From: a virus
Virus record (IMG/VR): IMGVR_UViG_3300046806_000356
Location: 55,600 to 119,599 of that record
Reading direction: 5' to 3' (one strand)
Length of the DNA stretch: 64,000 bases
Shown here: in pieces, positions 26,201 through 36,200 of the stretch
Layout: each line of letters opens with the position of its first letter
How positions within the stretch are numbered: the first letter of the stretch is position 1
Made by a program: the position numbers and the translations under genes
The notes under the pieces: generated by a model
What the model was told of the DNA's origin: nothing
The model's input: the letters and a program-made list of their open reading frames with translations, nothing else
Databases searched by the model: none

Positions 26201-29200
26201 GCAGCAAATACAATTGGTGTCGTCACTGTTACTAGTGGAGGATCAGAATATATTAATCCACCATCTATTGTCATTGTTAATACTCTTACTGGTGAAAAAA
26301 TTGATAGTGGAATTTTGGAAGCATCTCTATCGGGATCTTCTATATCTGCCGTAAAAGTTTTACAAGATCCAAAAGGAGTTCCAGATGCTGAAGTAAACTT
26401 GTTTGCTACAAATAATACAAATGGATTTAGTATTCAACAAGTTCAATCATCTTCTACTGGAATTTTTACGTGTTTTATTTCCAAACCAACTGGAGGATTC
26501 ACACCAAATCCATTTGAAGTAGGAGATGAAGTGTTTATTGAAGGAATTAAAAAAGAAAGTACTGATGGAGATGGATTTAATTCTGAAGAGTATGGATATC
26601 AGTTTTTCAATGTTACTAGTTTTGATGACACGACTGAACTTCTAGCTAAAATTGTTATAAACGTTTCTGAACTAACAGCAAATACAGGAATTGCGAAAAC
26701 AATTCAAGACTTTATTCCTACAATCATTAACAGGAAGACATATCCTATTTTCGAGTTTTCTAAGAAAAAAGCATCATTTATCATTGGAGAAAAAATTATT
26801 TCAAATGAAGTTGAAAGAGATTTGAAGATTGTAGGATACAATGATTCATTTATTAAAGTTGTCGGTTCTTATGAGTTATCAATAGATGAAACATTTAAAG
26901 GAAAAGAGTCTGGAACAATTGCTACTGTTGAGAGCATCAAAGAAAATATAGGTCGATTCAAAATTAATTTTTCATCTGATAAAAATATTGGATGGTCCAA
27001 TAACATTGGAATTCTAAATGATGATGCACAAGTAATACCCGATAATGACTACTATCAAAATTTATCATATACAATTAAGAGTCCCATTACGTATGACGAA
27101 TTTAAAACTCCTGTAAACAATTTATTACATAGTGTAGGAACAAAAAACTTTAGTGATACCGGCATAACATCTACAACTTCTGTTGGAATAGGAAGTGAAA
27201 ATGTAACCACAATAATTAGAGATATTATTGAAGAGCAAAGAGTAGACACAATCTATAATTTTGATTTATCAAAAGACATTGATGCTGTTAGTGGTTATTC
27301 TAAGTTTTTAAAATTAGAAAATAAAATATTAACTCCATTTATAAACAATACAACTAATAATGTGTTGAAATTGGATGATATTAATCGACTATTCTCAAAC
27401 TTGGAAACAAGTCCATATGAGTTCTTAAATCTTATCAATTTAAAAGAACAAAATAGTTCTTATATTAATATTTTAGTTAGAGTTACTTCATCAGATAACA
27501 CAGAGATACAATTATCAGATTTAATCATTCTAAATGATGGAACTGATATTTCTATTCTTGAAAAAGGAACTCTTGTAAATTCTGGAATTGGTCTAACTCA
27601 TTTCTCTGGAGAAAACCTTGGAGACTTCTCAATAGAGGAAAATGAATTTAAAGAAGTTTATTTAAGATTTACTCCAGCAAATTCTTACGAAAAGGATTAT
27701 GATCTCAAGTGGATTCAAAGTTATTTTGATGCAAACACTATAGGTATTGCATCAACTTCAATTGGATTTGTAAAATTATTTAATTCTATTGATAAATCAT
27801 CCCCAGGAATAACAACAAATATTGTTTCTTTAGCATCAACTTCATTTGAATCACTTCATGCTTCTGTGCAAGTTATAAACGAATTGACAAATGAAATTAA
27901 CTTTGTAGAATTATATTTGACTCAAGATGGAACAAATACGTTTATATCTGAATATTATTTTGATAATAGTAATCAAAATAGTTATTCTGGAAACTTTATA
28001 GGATCATTCGGTTCAGATCTACAATCCAATATTCTATCTCTTAATTTTACAAACACTTTAGATACTGGTAATGTTACTGTAAAGTCTAGTATTATTGGAT
28101 TTGGAACTGCAGATACTATTGGTGTGGGTAGTATTTACAGATTTAAGAATGTTGGATCTGATGGATCAGAAAGAAGTGCAGTTTATATCTCAAATTATCA
28201 AACTACTACATCCGGATTATCAACATCAATACTTGACATAAATGCAGGTCTTTTTAACTGTGTCAAATCAGTAGTTGAGGTTAGTGCAGGATCAACAAAG
28301 GCACTTCATCAAGTCATGATGATTCACGATGGAGTAGATGTATATACTGAACAGATGCAATTTTTATCTGTAAGTGGCATATCCACATCAGATTCTGGAG
28401 TTGGATTAGGCACATTTGGAGGGACTTTTGAAAATTCTGGAAATAATTTTGTATTGAAGTTCTATCCAGATGCTGGAGTAACTCAAAATCTTTCTATTTC
28501 AAACTTGAATAAGTGTCTTTACCAAACCATCGATGCAATCAATATACCACCAGACTTAACTTATGTTGAAGGTGGTTCGATCTTAGGAAGAGAGTCTATT
28601 GAAGTTGACTTTTTCAACTCTTTAGGTGGAACTAGAATTAATAGAAAAGATTTTCCATTAACTTCAAATGGATTGAAAGTTTTTGCCAGAGAGTTTGATC
28701 CGACTGACAATACTCAAATTTCTGTTGCAGGAACATTTACTTCTTCAAATCACTTTTTCAGTGAAGGTGAGCAATTAATTTATACACCTAAGTCTACAAT
28801 AGTAGGTTTAGCTGCTACACCTATGGTTTATAAATTGGGTGGTATTACCACTTCTTTACCATCTTCTGTTTTTGCAGTGAATATATCCGAGAATACTTTC
28901 CAAATCTCTACAACAAGAGCAGGAACTGCAGTCACTTTTGTTTCTCGTGGTAGTGGAAATTCTCATCAATTTGAGATGGCAAAGAAAAATGAAAAAACAA
29001 TTATAACAATTGATGACGTAATTCAATATCCAATATCTTTTGTAAAATCATCACATCAACTTCCTATTGGAATTGGATTAACTTCGACAATATTTGCATT
29101 ATCTGGGATAAGTACAGTATTCCCAAGAGATCTTTTAAAGATTGATAGTGAGTATATGAGTGTGGCTAGTGTTGGTTTTGGAACAACTAGCATTGGTCCC

Positions 29201-31603
29201 ATAACTGGAATAGGAACGACTGCCCTGGTAGAAGTGGTTAGAGGATTTGTTGGGTCTTCTTCAACTTCCCATTCTTCTGGTGCTCAAGTTAAAGTGTATC
29301 GAGGAGCATATAATATTGAAGGTAATAGTATTTACTTCAGTGAAGCACCAAGAGGAAATCCACAAATAGAAAGAGATTTTAGTAACTTAGTATTCCAAAC
29401 TTCAGAATTTAGTGGAAGAGTATTTTTGAGGAAAAATTACGATTCTAATGTAGTTTTTGATAATGTGTCAAATGAGTTCAATGGAATAGGTAGAACATTT
29501 ACACTTACTGTTGGTGGTGCAAATACTGTTGGTTTAGGTACAACTGGTGGAAATGGAATTGTTCTTATAAATGGTCTTTTCCAATCACCAACAACAGAAA
29601 ATAACCCAGAAAATAATTTTAAAATTATTGAAACCACTGGACCTTCAGGAGTAACAAGTGTAGTTTTCTCTAGCATAAGACCAAATCTTGATATTATTTC
29701 ACAATATGATATTAATCAAAATGAGATACCTAGAGGTGGTATTATTGTTTCTCTGGGATCATCAAGTGGATTGGGATATGCACCGTTAGTTGGAGCATCT
29801 GTGACCGCAGTGGTGGGTGCTGGGGGTTCAATTGTATCTGTGGGATTGGGAACAACTAATATAGTTGGATCTGGTTATAATGGTATAGTTTCAATTGGTG
29901 TTACTGTTTATCAAGAGGGTCATGTTGGAACTGCCGCCAGTATTATGGCAGTTGTAGGTGCTGGTGGAACATTGTCATTTACAGTTAGCATTGGTGGAAC
30001 TGGATATACTAATCCTAAAATATTTGTTTCTGATCCATCATATGAGAATTTAAAAGTTACTGGTGTTTCCAGAATTGGTATTGGAACAACAACTGCGACA
30101 GGATTAGGGTTGTTGCTAAATGTTGAAGTTGGAGCAAGTTCAACAACAGGTATAGGATCAACGTATTTTGAAGTGACAGGATTTAATATAACAAGACAAG
30201 GATATTCTTTCAGAAAAGGTGATGTATTCAAACCAGTTGGCCTTGTAACCGATAGAAGATTGGCAAATCCTCTGTCAGAATTTACATTGACTGTTCTTGA
30301 TACATTCTCTGATTCTTTTGCGGCTTGGCAGTTTGGTAATTTAAATTATATTGACTCAATTAAAAATTATCAAGATGGCGTCAGACAAAATTTCCCATTA
30401 TACTACAATGGTGAGCTGTTGAGTTTTGAGAAGGATGAAAATTCTACGATAGATCTTCAAAATTTACTGTTGATTTTTATTAACGGAGTTTTACAAGAAC
30501 CAGGAGTTTCATACTTGTTTAGTGGTGGAACATCTTTTGTGTTTACAACAGCACCAAAAGTAGAAGATGAAATTTCTGTCTTTTTCTATAGAGGAACCAT
30601 TGGAGATGACAGTGCCCTCAATGATAATGTATATCCAACTTTAAAATCTGGTGATATTGTAAAAGTTCATAAAAACAACAAGTACCCAAGTACCATATCT
30701 CAAAATAATAGAACAGTATTTAATTTAACATATTCTGACAAATTTGAAACTAGTCTTTATAGTGGAGTTGGTATAGATGAAACTTTTGAAAAACCAGTAA
30801 GTTGGACAAAACAAAAGAAAGATCAAAAAATAAATGGAGTATTTGTTTATAAATCAAGAAGCTCCATAGAAACTCAGGTATACCCAACTGCAAGAGTTAT
30901 TAAGAGTATTTCACCAACAGATCAACAAATATTTGTCGATAATGCACAATTCTTTAATTATGATAATACAGCTTCACCCGAACTTTTTGACATTTTAGTT
31001 ATTAATGATGCACTTTCTGGTGTCGGCACAACAACTTCAGTAGGTTTTGTTGAATTGATGAGTGGAGTTAATGAAGTTGGAGGTTTTTCTGGTGTTATCA
31101 GTGGAATATCTACCAGTGTTGGAATTGGTACTTCTCTAGCATTAAGATTCTATATTAATAACTTAAATCAAAATAACTTGGTAGGATTGCAGACTGGAAA
31201 TCCAATTTTTATTTACAATACATCGATAGGATCTGGTGTTACATCTATAAATAATTCCAATACATCAGTAGTTGGAGTTGGCACAACGTATCTTGACAAT
31301 GTTTATCTCATTCATAGTTGGTCCAATGTTGTTGGAGATGATAACTTGGGGATTATCACATGCAACGTTCACTCATCATCTAATATAATTGGATTGACAA
31401 CTTCAGGAACAGAATTAAATCCAGTTGGGAATTTCTCATGGGGAAAACTGAGTGGATTTGCTAGATCAAGTTCACCAATTTCTATTGGTGCAAGTGGTAA
31501 TAGGGTAGATGTTGGATTGACTACATTTGCAACTGTTCATAGAAGGGGTATAGGATTGAAATTAAGATACGAAACTGGAGCACTCCCTAAACAAGGGGTA
31601 TAG
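20195..31603 (+). CDS. Large baseplate/structural protein (gp7-like), remainder; contains YHYH-like and dockerin/EF-hand-like segments
   Basis: Frame open from 20195 (ISGEPNKLSGQT...); position between gp6 and gp8; GxGY repeats; HSKIIGWAYDGNPIYG..LDIHNGRFCKTPEFPNG. Confidence 0.8.
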   Translation: MSGEPNKLSGQTIEKSTDPDTNASVSEVEVVTRNGKKYYKLSLFVGYDDSPTVQGEFDVTPSTKCLESVPVGSSVISVDSTIGFPESGTIISGTNTITYTGKSVNQFFGCSGVESQIDQADNIRTDDVYIGYEDGDKTKKVEFRILGSLSDFIQVSESLSGVSEGDFVYIKSLGNAVGQTKFGEKNFKEVLVNSWFYNSNSRYHIQDFSGPKSLNLKSPIDRTSLKYGDEIEIVERGTSNVVFTTYVNEEIQDNSKSIQLFAFIAPNPNANYDLRRKVSKASSLNVPLIYGNDSIISDVSNVYTDNDYAYVASNSLPANNRGLSVPYCYQITKNLSGNYIDNSIGILTGKVDDDFTIISFPDNVPFLTGDRIFYQPEEDSLVGLETGSYYVKVLDSNKKEIQLYSSQSFVGSSNYLTFDSPYISGIGTHRFTLYSQRSAEIGPQKILKKFPLTNNIFNGSNEKTLPGPVGLLVNGVEIDNYKSLDKIYYGPLNSVKVLNSGENYDVINLPFISVSTGIGSTAFIQPVVSGSIQKTYVENQDFDIQNIVSIGVSGGNGFGAVLEPIVKKRVREVFFDARTTTNSGGINTTTRQLTFLTKHNFVDGEEVIYSSNGNLGVGIGVGNSTLIDNSQYYIKTTSDLTVRLYQSLSDYSSGINTVGFNTDNTSGIHKFYTSSSKNTLTEIKVVDGGQQYTNRKLIVKPTDISTSNHTINFKNHGFNDGDLIKYSYQTSSISGVSTDTSTSFYVLKVNDNSFRICDAGIGGVTKSNYERKNYVRFSSVGSGYQYFSYPEISVFVEFTTPNGISTTQTIQITPKVRGKIIDAYLYESGTGYGSSILNFEKKPIITIQNGKDAKIVPNIINGTINSAKIEYGGKEYYSDPDIIVEDPTGTGSGAEIIPTISGGRISNVTVTNSGIGYSTSSKIKVVPAGSNALFDVSIRDLTINNTKRFNSEIYTETLDNKLKYLVSGYFDTLQNCFADNGTFHSKIIGWAYDGNPIYGAYGYNTPENTESIRLLTSSYILDTSYLDRPFGFDAGFFIEDYRYDGSGDLDIHNGRFCKTPEFPNGIYAYFSPIDNINSESKFPYFIGDSYRSNTLIENSSLDQSFDFGSSDLLRNTYPYKLIDSNIENDFIPSYLDLKNQLLTVNSIASGVISGFNIVNSGSDYKVNDLLAFTNADDIGISAKVSSLNGKEVENVVTSTETYNNTIVSWNNQNQAKITILPYHSLKDNDYVTLSGFSTNLTTLDGFYKIGVSSQYSTVTRDIPQATSIGSTEVYVSQIPNAISVGSSIGIGTETLKVLGIFKNENILKVKRGLTGAGSSHIASSTISVFPNSFTITSNLDYFDSKVNDKVFFNPRESVGVGTTLGTSSSVSFNFGDSTVIRDIPVKGIYLENHPFVTNQKVLFTIPSGNISVSTNGSSTYSIPTSGISQEFYVVNKSINLVGLKTSFTAPELFFHGNGDDNDEYSIESMFNQIKGTVQRYKTTVSVSTAHELLNGDAITLNVNPNLNVGIGTSTSVRILYNTEYGKLIINPIGFGSENVIRTKQYYAIPTRQSTIDTAVGIAFTSKAISPLATRNAQQIYDYIWDNYSKFDVDGDGVVSDVDGLILAREMSPAFTGDALISGITFPLGATRTTASSIRSYISSVTGGVGIGSTIGTAPFSSCYDIDGHGSVGFNNDGIMIYRFAVTPRLGAGGFYSPGTLRGSFEIVNHGLKTGDKVLYLNNTTSILKPVDSGEYFVHRNNDNSFQLGLTYKDVVEDPINPVSIAYTGVSNQSISLINPPIQVIKNNSLKFDLSNSSLTGYKLKIYYDKDFKNEFVSTGSSTSFNISGLGTVGVSTTASLTLSYGENLPSKLYYNLEKSGYISTTDSNVVNYSQIEFIDSFYDNNYIISGVGTTTFSVYLEKSPERVSYAKTECDNLEYFTSSLNAKGSIKEIGIISKGSSSKNIPIITEINSTDGTNANVFCKTKNIGDIKELGLINEGFEYPSDPTLQPTAYISPQIAIKAANTIGVVTVTSGGSEYINPPSIVIVNTLTGEKIDSGILEASLSGSSISAVKVLQDPKGVPDAEVNLFATNNTNGFSIQQVQSSSTGIFTCFISKPTGGFTPNPFEVGDEVFIEGIKKESTDGDGFNSEEYGYQFFNVTSFDDTTELLAKIVINVSELTANTGIAKTIQDFIPTIINRKTYPIFEFSKKKASFIIGEKIISNEVERDLKIVGYNDSFIKVVGSYELSIDETFKGKESGTIATVESIKENIGRFKINFSSDKNIGWSNNIGILNDDAQVIPDNDYYQNLSYTIKSPITYDEFKTPVNNLLHSVGTKNFSDTGITSTTSVGIGSENVTTIIRDIIEEQRVDTIYNFDLSKDIDAVSGYSKFLKLENKILTPFINNTTNNVLKLDDINRLFSNLETSPYEFLNLINLKEQNSSYINILVRVTSSDNTEIQLSDLIILNDGTDISILEKGTLVNSGIGLTHFSGENLGDFSIEENEFKEVYLRFTPANSYEKDYDLKWIQSYFDANTIGIASTSIGFVKLFNSIDKSSPGITTNIVSLASTSFESLHASVQVINELTNEINFVELYLTQDGTNTFISEYYFDNSNQNSYSGNFIGSFGSDLQSNILSLNFTNTLDTGNVTVKSSIIGFGTADTIGVGSIYRFKNVGSDGSERSAVYISNYQTTTSGLSTSILDINAGLFNCVKSVVEVSAGSTKALHQVMMIHDGVDVYTEQMQFLSVSGISTSDSGVGLGTFGGTFENSGNNFVLKFYPDAGVTQNLSISNLNKCLYQTIDAINIPPDLTYVEGGSILGRESIEVDFFNSLGGTRINRKDFPLTSNGLKVFAREFDPTDNTQISVAGTFTSSNHFFSEGEQLIYTPKSTIVGLAATPMVYKLGGITTSLPSSVFAVNISENTFQISTTRAGTAVTFVSRGSGNSHQFEMAKKNEKTIITIDDVIQYPISFVKSSHQLPIGIGLTSTIFALSGISTVFPRDLLKIDSEYMSVASVGFGTTSIGPITGIGTTALVEVVRGFVGSSSTSHSSGAQVKVYRGAYNIEGNSIYFSEAPRGNPQIERDFSNLVFQTSEFSGRVFLRKNYDSNVVFDNVSNEFNGIGRTFTLTVGGANTVGLGTTGGNGIVLINGLFQSPTTENNPENNFKIIETTGPSGVTSVVFSSIRPNLDIISQYDINQNEIPRGGIIVSLGSSSGLGYAPLVGASVTAVVGAGGSIVSVGLGTTNIVGSGYNGIVSIGVTVYQEGHVGTAASIMAVVGAGGTLSFTVSIGGTGYTNPKIFVSDPSYENLKVTGVSRIGIGTTTATGLGLLLNVEVGASSTTGIGSTYFEVTGFNITRQGYSFRKGDVFKPVGLVTDRRLANPLSEFTLTVLDTFSDSFAAWQFGNLNYIDSIKNYQDGVRQNFPLYYNGELLSFEKDENSTIDLQNLLLIFINGVLQEPGVSYLFSGGTSFVFTTAPKVEDEISVFFYRGTIGDDSALNDNVYPTLKSGDIVKVHKNNKYPSTISQNNRTVFNLTYSDKFETSLYSGVGIDETFEKPVSWTKQKKDQKINGVFVYKSRSSIETQVYPTARVIKSISPTDQQIFVDNAQFFNYDNTASPELFDILVINDALSGVGTTTSVGFVELMSGVNEVGGFSGVISGISTSVGIGTSLALRFYINNLNQNNLVGLQTGNPIFIYNTSIGSGVTSINNSNTSVVGVGTTYLDNVYLIHSWSNVVGDDNLGIITCNVHSSSNIIGLTTSGTELNPVGNFSWGKLSGFARSSSPISIGASGNRVDVGLTTFATVHRRGIGLKLRYETGALPKQGV

Positions 31604-31642
31604 GATTGAAATTAAGATACGAAACTGGAGCACTCCCTAAAC
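31543..31642. repeat. Perfect 50-bp tandem duplication
   Basis: AAGGGGTATAGGATTGAAATTAAGATACGAAACTGGAGCACTCCCTAAAC x2. Confidence 0.95.
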
Positions 31643-31645
31643 AGT

Positions 31646-31653
31646 TATAAATA
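31646..31653 (+). promoter_or_regulatory. T4-type late promoter
   Basis: TATAAATA before gp8. Confidence 0.75.
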
Positions 31654-31670
31654 GATAAAAAACTATTAGT

Positions 31671-33236
31671 ATGTCAGCAATTATAACAGATCAATTTAGA
31701 TTATTTAATGCAGAAAATTTTGTTGATTCTGTTAACAACAATGATAATTCATATTATGTTTTTTTAGGATTGTCAAATCCAACAAAATCTAATAGCTTTG
31801 GTAGAAGCACTGGATGGAATTCAAATCCTGATGAACCTGTAGATAACTTACAATACGTATCTCATTATAAAGATACTCTACTGTTTGGAAAAAAAATTAT
31901 ATCATCGAATGTAAGAAGAATTGTAAGAAAGGTTACTTGGACAGAGAATAACAAATATGAAATGTATCGTCATGACTATAGTACTACTAATTTGGCACCA
32001 ATATCAGAGTTACCAAGACTGTATGACTGCGACTATTATGTGATGAATAGTGACTATAGGGTCTATATCTGTATAGATAATGGATCTTCGGTTACTAATC
32101 CAAAAGGAAATAAATCTCAAGATCAACCAACGTTTACTGATGAGGATTCTTCAGCAGCAGGATCTAGTGGTGACGGGTATGTTTGGAAATATCTATTCAC
32201 TATATTGCCAAGTGACATCATAAAATTTGACTCTACAGAATATATCGTATTACCCAATAATTGGGATGATACATCAACTAATAGTGAAATTAAACGTATT
32301 CGAGATGCTGGTAATTCGGATGTTGAAGAGAACCAGATTCAAAAGATTTATATTGCAAATGCCGGATCCAGTTATTTAAGTAGAGATGAAGAATATAGTG
32401 TCGATATTAACGGAGATGGAACTGGAGCTACTGCATCTATTAAAGTAACTGATGGAAAAATTGTTTCTGCCAGAGTTACATCTGGTGGTAAGGGGTATAC
32501 TTATGGAATAGTTGATTTGGGACGACTAAGGGCAGGGACCATTCAAGAAGATGCTCAATTAGTAGTAATTATTCCACCATCAAAAGGACATGGATATGAT
32601 ATTTACAAAGAATTGGGTGCAGATAGAGTTTTAATTTATGCAAGATTTGATGATTTAACTGAGGATACTCCAATTAGCACTGCATTTGCTCAGATTGGTA
32701 TTTTAAAAAATCCAAAATATAATACTGCGGATACTTTATTTGAAGAGAATCAATTTTCTTCTTTATATGCAATTAAATTATCATCAATTGGACAAATTCC
32801 AATAATTGGTGAGCAAATACGTCAAGTTAGAGAGTCTGATGAGAAAATTGCAAAAGGATATGTTGCCTCTTACGATTCCAATACTAGAGTTTTAAAGTAT
32901 TTTAGAGACAGATCTTTATATTTTCCAAATGGTGAGGATGAAACAGATGATACTGATATCAGTGATGTTTCTGAAGTTTTGGATTTTGAATCTTCATCAG
33001 CAAATCAAATTCAGTTCGTTGATTCTGCATTTAGTGCTCCCATTGATACCACATTTGACGAAAATAAGGTTATTAAAGATGGAAAAATTATAAATCTTGG
33101 TGTAACTTTTTCAAATGGTCTTTCTAATCCAGAGATAAATAAAAAGACAGGGGATATAATTTATATTGATAACAGACCCTTAGTTACAAGAAATTTAAGA
33201 CAAAAAGAAGACGTTAAAATTATTCTGGAATTTTAA
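31671..33236 (+). CDS. gp8: Baseplate wedge subunit
   Basis: MSAIITDQFR, YRVYICIDNG, DGYVWKYLFT, GDIIYIDNR..RQKEDVKIILEF. Confidence 0.92.
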   Translation: MSAIITDQFRLFNAENFVDSVNNNDNSYYVFLGLSNPTKSNSFGRSTGWNSNPDEPVDNLQYVSHYKDTLLFGKKIISSNVRRIVRKVTWTENNKYEMYRHDYSTTNLAPISELPRLYDCDYYVMNSDYRVYICIDNGSSVTNPKGNKSQDQPTFTDEDSSAAGSSGDGYVWKYLFTILPSDIIKFDSTEYIVLPNNWDDTSTNSEIKRIRDAGNSDVEENQIQKIYIANAGSSYLSRDEEYSVDINGDGTGATASIKVTDGKIVSARVTSGGKGYTYGIVDLGRLRAGTIQEDAQLVVIIPPSKGHGYDIYKELGADRVLIYARFDDLTEDTPISTAFAQIGILKNPKYNTADTLFEENQFSSLYAIKLSSIGQIPIIGEQIRQVRESDEKIAKGYVASYDSNTRVLKYFRDRSLYFPNGEDETDDTDISDVSEVLDFESSSANQIQFVDSAFSAPIDTTFDENKVIKDGKIINLGVTFSNGLSNPEINKKTGDIIYIDNRPLVTRNLRQKEDVKIILEF

Positions 33237-33239
33237 GAA

Positions 33240-36200
33240 ATGGCACAAAAAACAAATTTAAATATTAGTCCATATTATGATGATTTTAATTCTGAGAAGA
33301 ATTTTTATAAAGTCTTATTTAATCCAGGAAGGGCAGTACAAGCTAGAGAATTAACTACCCTCCAGTCAATTTTACAAAACCAAGTAGAGTCATTTGGTAG
33401 TCATATATTCAAAGAGGGATCTGTTGTGATCCCCGGAAATATAGTATATGACGGTCAATTTTATGCGGTCAAATTAAATCAAACAAATTTTGGCACGGAT
33501 ATTTCATTATATATTGATCAATATATTGGTAAAAAAATAACCGGACAAACATCTGGAGTTACGGCAACCGTTCAACACATCGAACTCATTGATGATATAT
33601 CTGTTTTAGAACCAACAATTTATGTAAAATATATTGATTCAGATAATAATTTTAATTTCACGCAGTTTCAAGATGGAGAATCTTTGATTGCAAGTGAAAA
33701 TATCACTTATGGAAATACTACAATCAATTCTGGAACTCCATTCGCATCATTAATTTCATTAAATGCAACATCAACAGGATCGGCAGCATTTATTGGTAAT
33801 GGAGTTTATTTTGTTAGAGGATATTTTGTCAATGTTTCTCAACAAACTTTATTACTCGATTACTATACAAATACCTCATCATATAGAGTTGGGTTGAGAA
33901 TAGAAGAATCTATTGTAACTGCTAAAGATGACATAGATCTTTATGATAATGCTAAAGGATTTACAAATTATGCTGCACCAGGATCTGATCGATTCAAAAT
34001 TGATTTAGTTTTAGATAAAAAACCACTTACAGATTTAAATGACACTAATTTTATTGAATTACTGCGAATAGAGAATGGTTTTATAAAAAAAATAGAAACC
34101 AAAAGCAATAACAACATTATCAGAGATTACTTAGCACAAAGAACATATGATGAATCTGGAGATTATTCTGTAGAACCATTCAATCCATCTATTCACAATT
34201 CACTAAATGATAGATTAGGTAGCAATGGACTGTTTTTTGAAAACGAAACGACCTCACAAAGAAATATACCATCAAATAATTTGATGTGTGTCAAAATTTC
34301 TCCGGGAAAAGCTTATGTGAGGGGATATGATATTGAAAAACAATCCACTGTAATTTTAGATGTAGATAAACCAAGAGAGACTAAATCTCAATCAAATGTT
34401 GGCATTTCTTTTGAAATGGGCAATCTTCTGAGAGTCAATAATGTATCTGGTGTCCCACAGCAGAAGGGGATTGTTACATTTTTCAGTGAGTTAAACGGAT
34501 CTGGATCTGGGGTTGGTAGTGCTCGGGTATACAATTTCAACTTAACAGACTCTGCGTTTATAAATGGGGCAACAAATTGGGACTTATATTTGTATGATAT
34601 TCAAACAAATACCAGTTTAACTTTAAATAACGTTATAAGTTCATCTGATCTCCCAACATCATCTTTTGTAAAAGGCAAAAATAGTGGAGCAAGTGGATAT
34701 GCAGTTTCTGCAGGATCAAATTCATCTATAATTACCTTAAGACAAACATCTGGATCTTTTGCTCCAGGTGAGCAAATCTCAATCAATGGTGTTGATTTTC
34801 CAAGAACAATTGTATCAATTACTGCATACGGAACTCAAAATATAAAATCGATAAAACAGGATTCCAATTTTCCCATCACTGGCATTGCAACTTTTGCCGC
34901 AAATGCAGTGCTTGAAAGATTTAGAATGCCTGGTAACATTACTCAAGTATCAATTTCTACTGCTAGTGGGGGAGTATCAACAGTTACTTCGGTTGGACGT
35001 GTCTTTACAGGCATAACAACAAATACAATTGTCAGGTATCAAAAAATTGGATTTAATACAGAAACCTACAATAAAGTTTCTTCTATATCTTCAAGTGGGT
35101 TATCTATAACTCTCTCAGGTATAACTACAAATGTATCTGGAGTTTTTGAAGGATCATTACCGACAAGTACAGTTTTAACAAACATTTTTGCTGCAGCACC
35201 AATTATCCGAAATCAAGATTCTGCATATCTATACACAAATCTTCCTAATAATAATATTTCAAAAGTAAATCTGTCAGATTCAACGTTGAGAATATCTGCT
35301 CAATTACCAAATCAGACAATTACTGCAAATACATTAACTTTAAGTGCTGCAACTGTTGCATCAACTCTTGGCATTTCTTCTGTATATTTCGATTCATTTG
35401 ATCAAGAAAAGTATTCAGTTCATTACCCCAATGGAACTATATCCAGTTTATCATCAGATTCTGTTACAGCAAGTAATGATACATTAACGATTAGAAATTT
35501 AACAAATACAACCGCGGCAACAGTTAATGTTACTTTGGTTAAAAATAATATTAGAAGTAAAGTAAAAAAATATTCTAGAAGTGAAACGGTAGAAATTACA
35601 AGATCCAAGTACAAGCAATCTGGTGCTGGAATTAATACTTCAATCTCTGACGGATTAACATACAGTCAATATTATGGATTAAGAGTTCAAGACGAAGAAA
35701 TTTGTTTAAATGTTCCAGATGTTGCAAAGGTTATCTCAATATATGAATCTTTTAATTCTTCGGCACCATCATTCGACAGAGTTTTATTCACTTCAACTGC
35801 AAATGTTGGGACAAATTCAATCGTTGGTGAAAACATAATTGGAAGCATCTCAAATGCAGTTGCAAGAATCGTAAATAGACTAACCTCACCAGCAAATACT
35901 CTTGAAGTTGTTTATTTAACAGATGATAGATTTGTAACTGGAGAAACTGTAACATTTGAAGAATCCAATATTACTACAGAAATTGAAGCAATTACATTGG
36001 GAAGTTATAAGGACGTTACTAACTCATATTTCTTAGAAAAAGGTCAAAAAGATCAGTATTATGATTACTCCAAGATTATAAGAAATAAAAACGTTCCAGA
36101 ATCAAGTAAGAGATTATTAATTGTATATGATAGATACACAGTTGAATCTAATGATAATGGGGATGTCTTTACTGTATTAAGTTATGATGAAGAAAGATTT

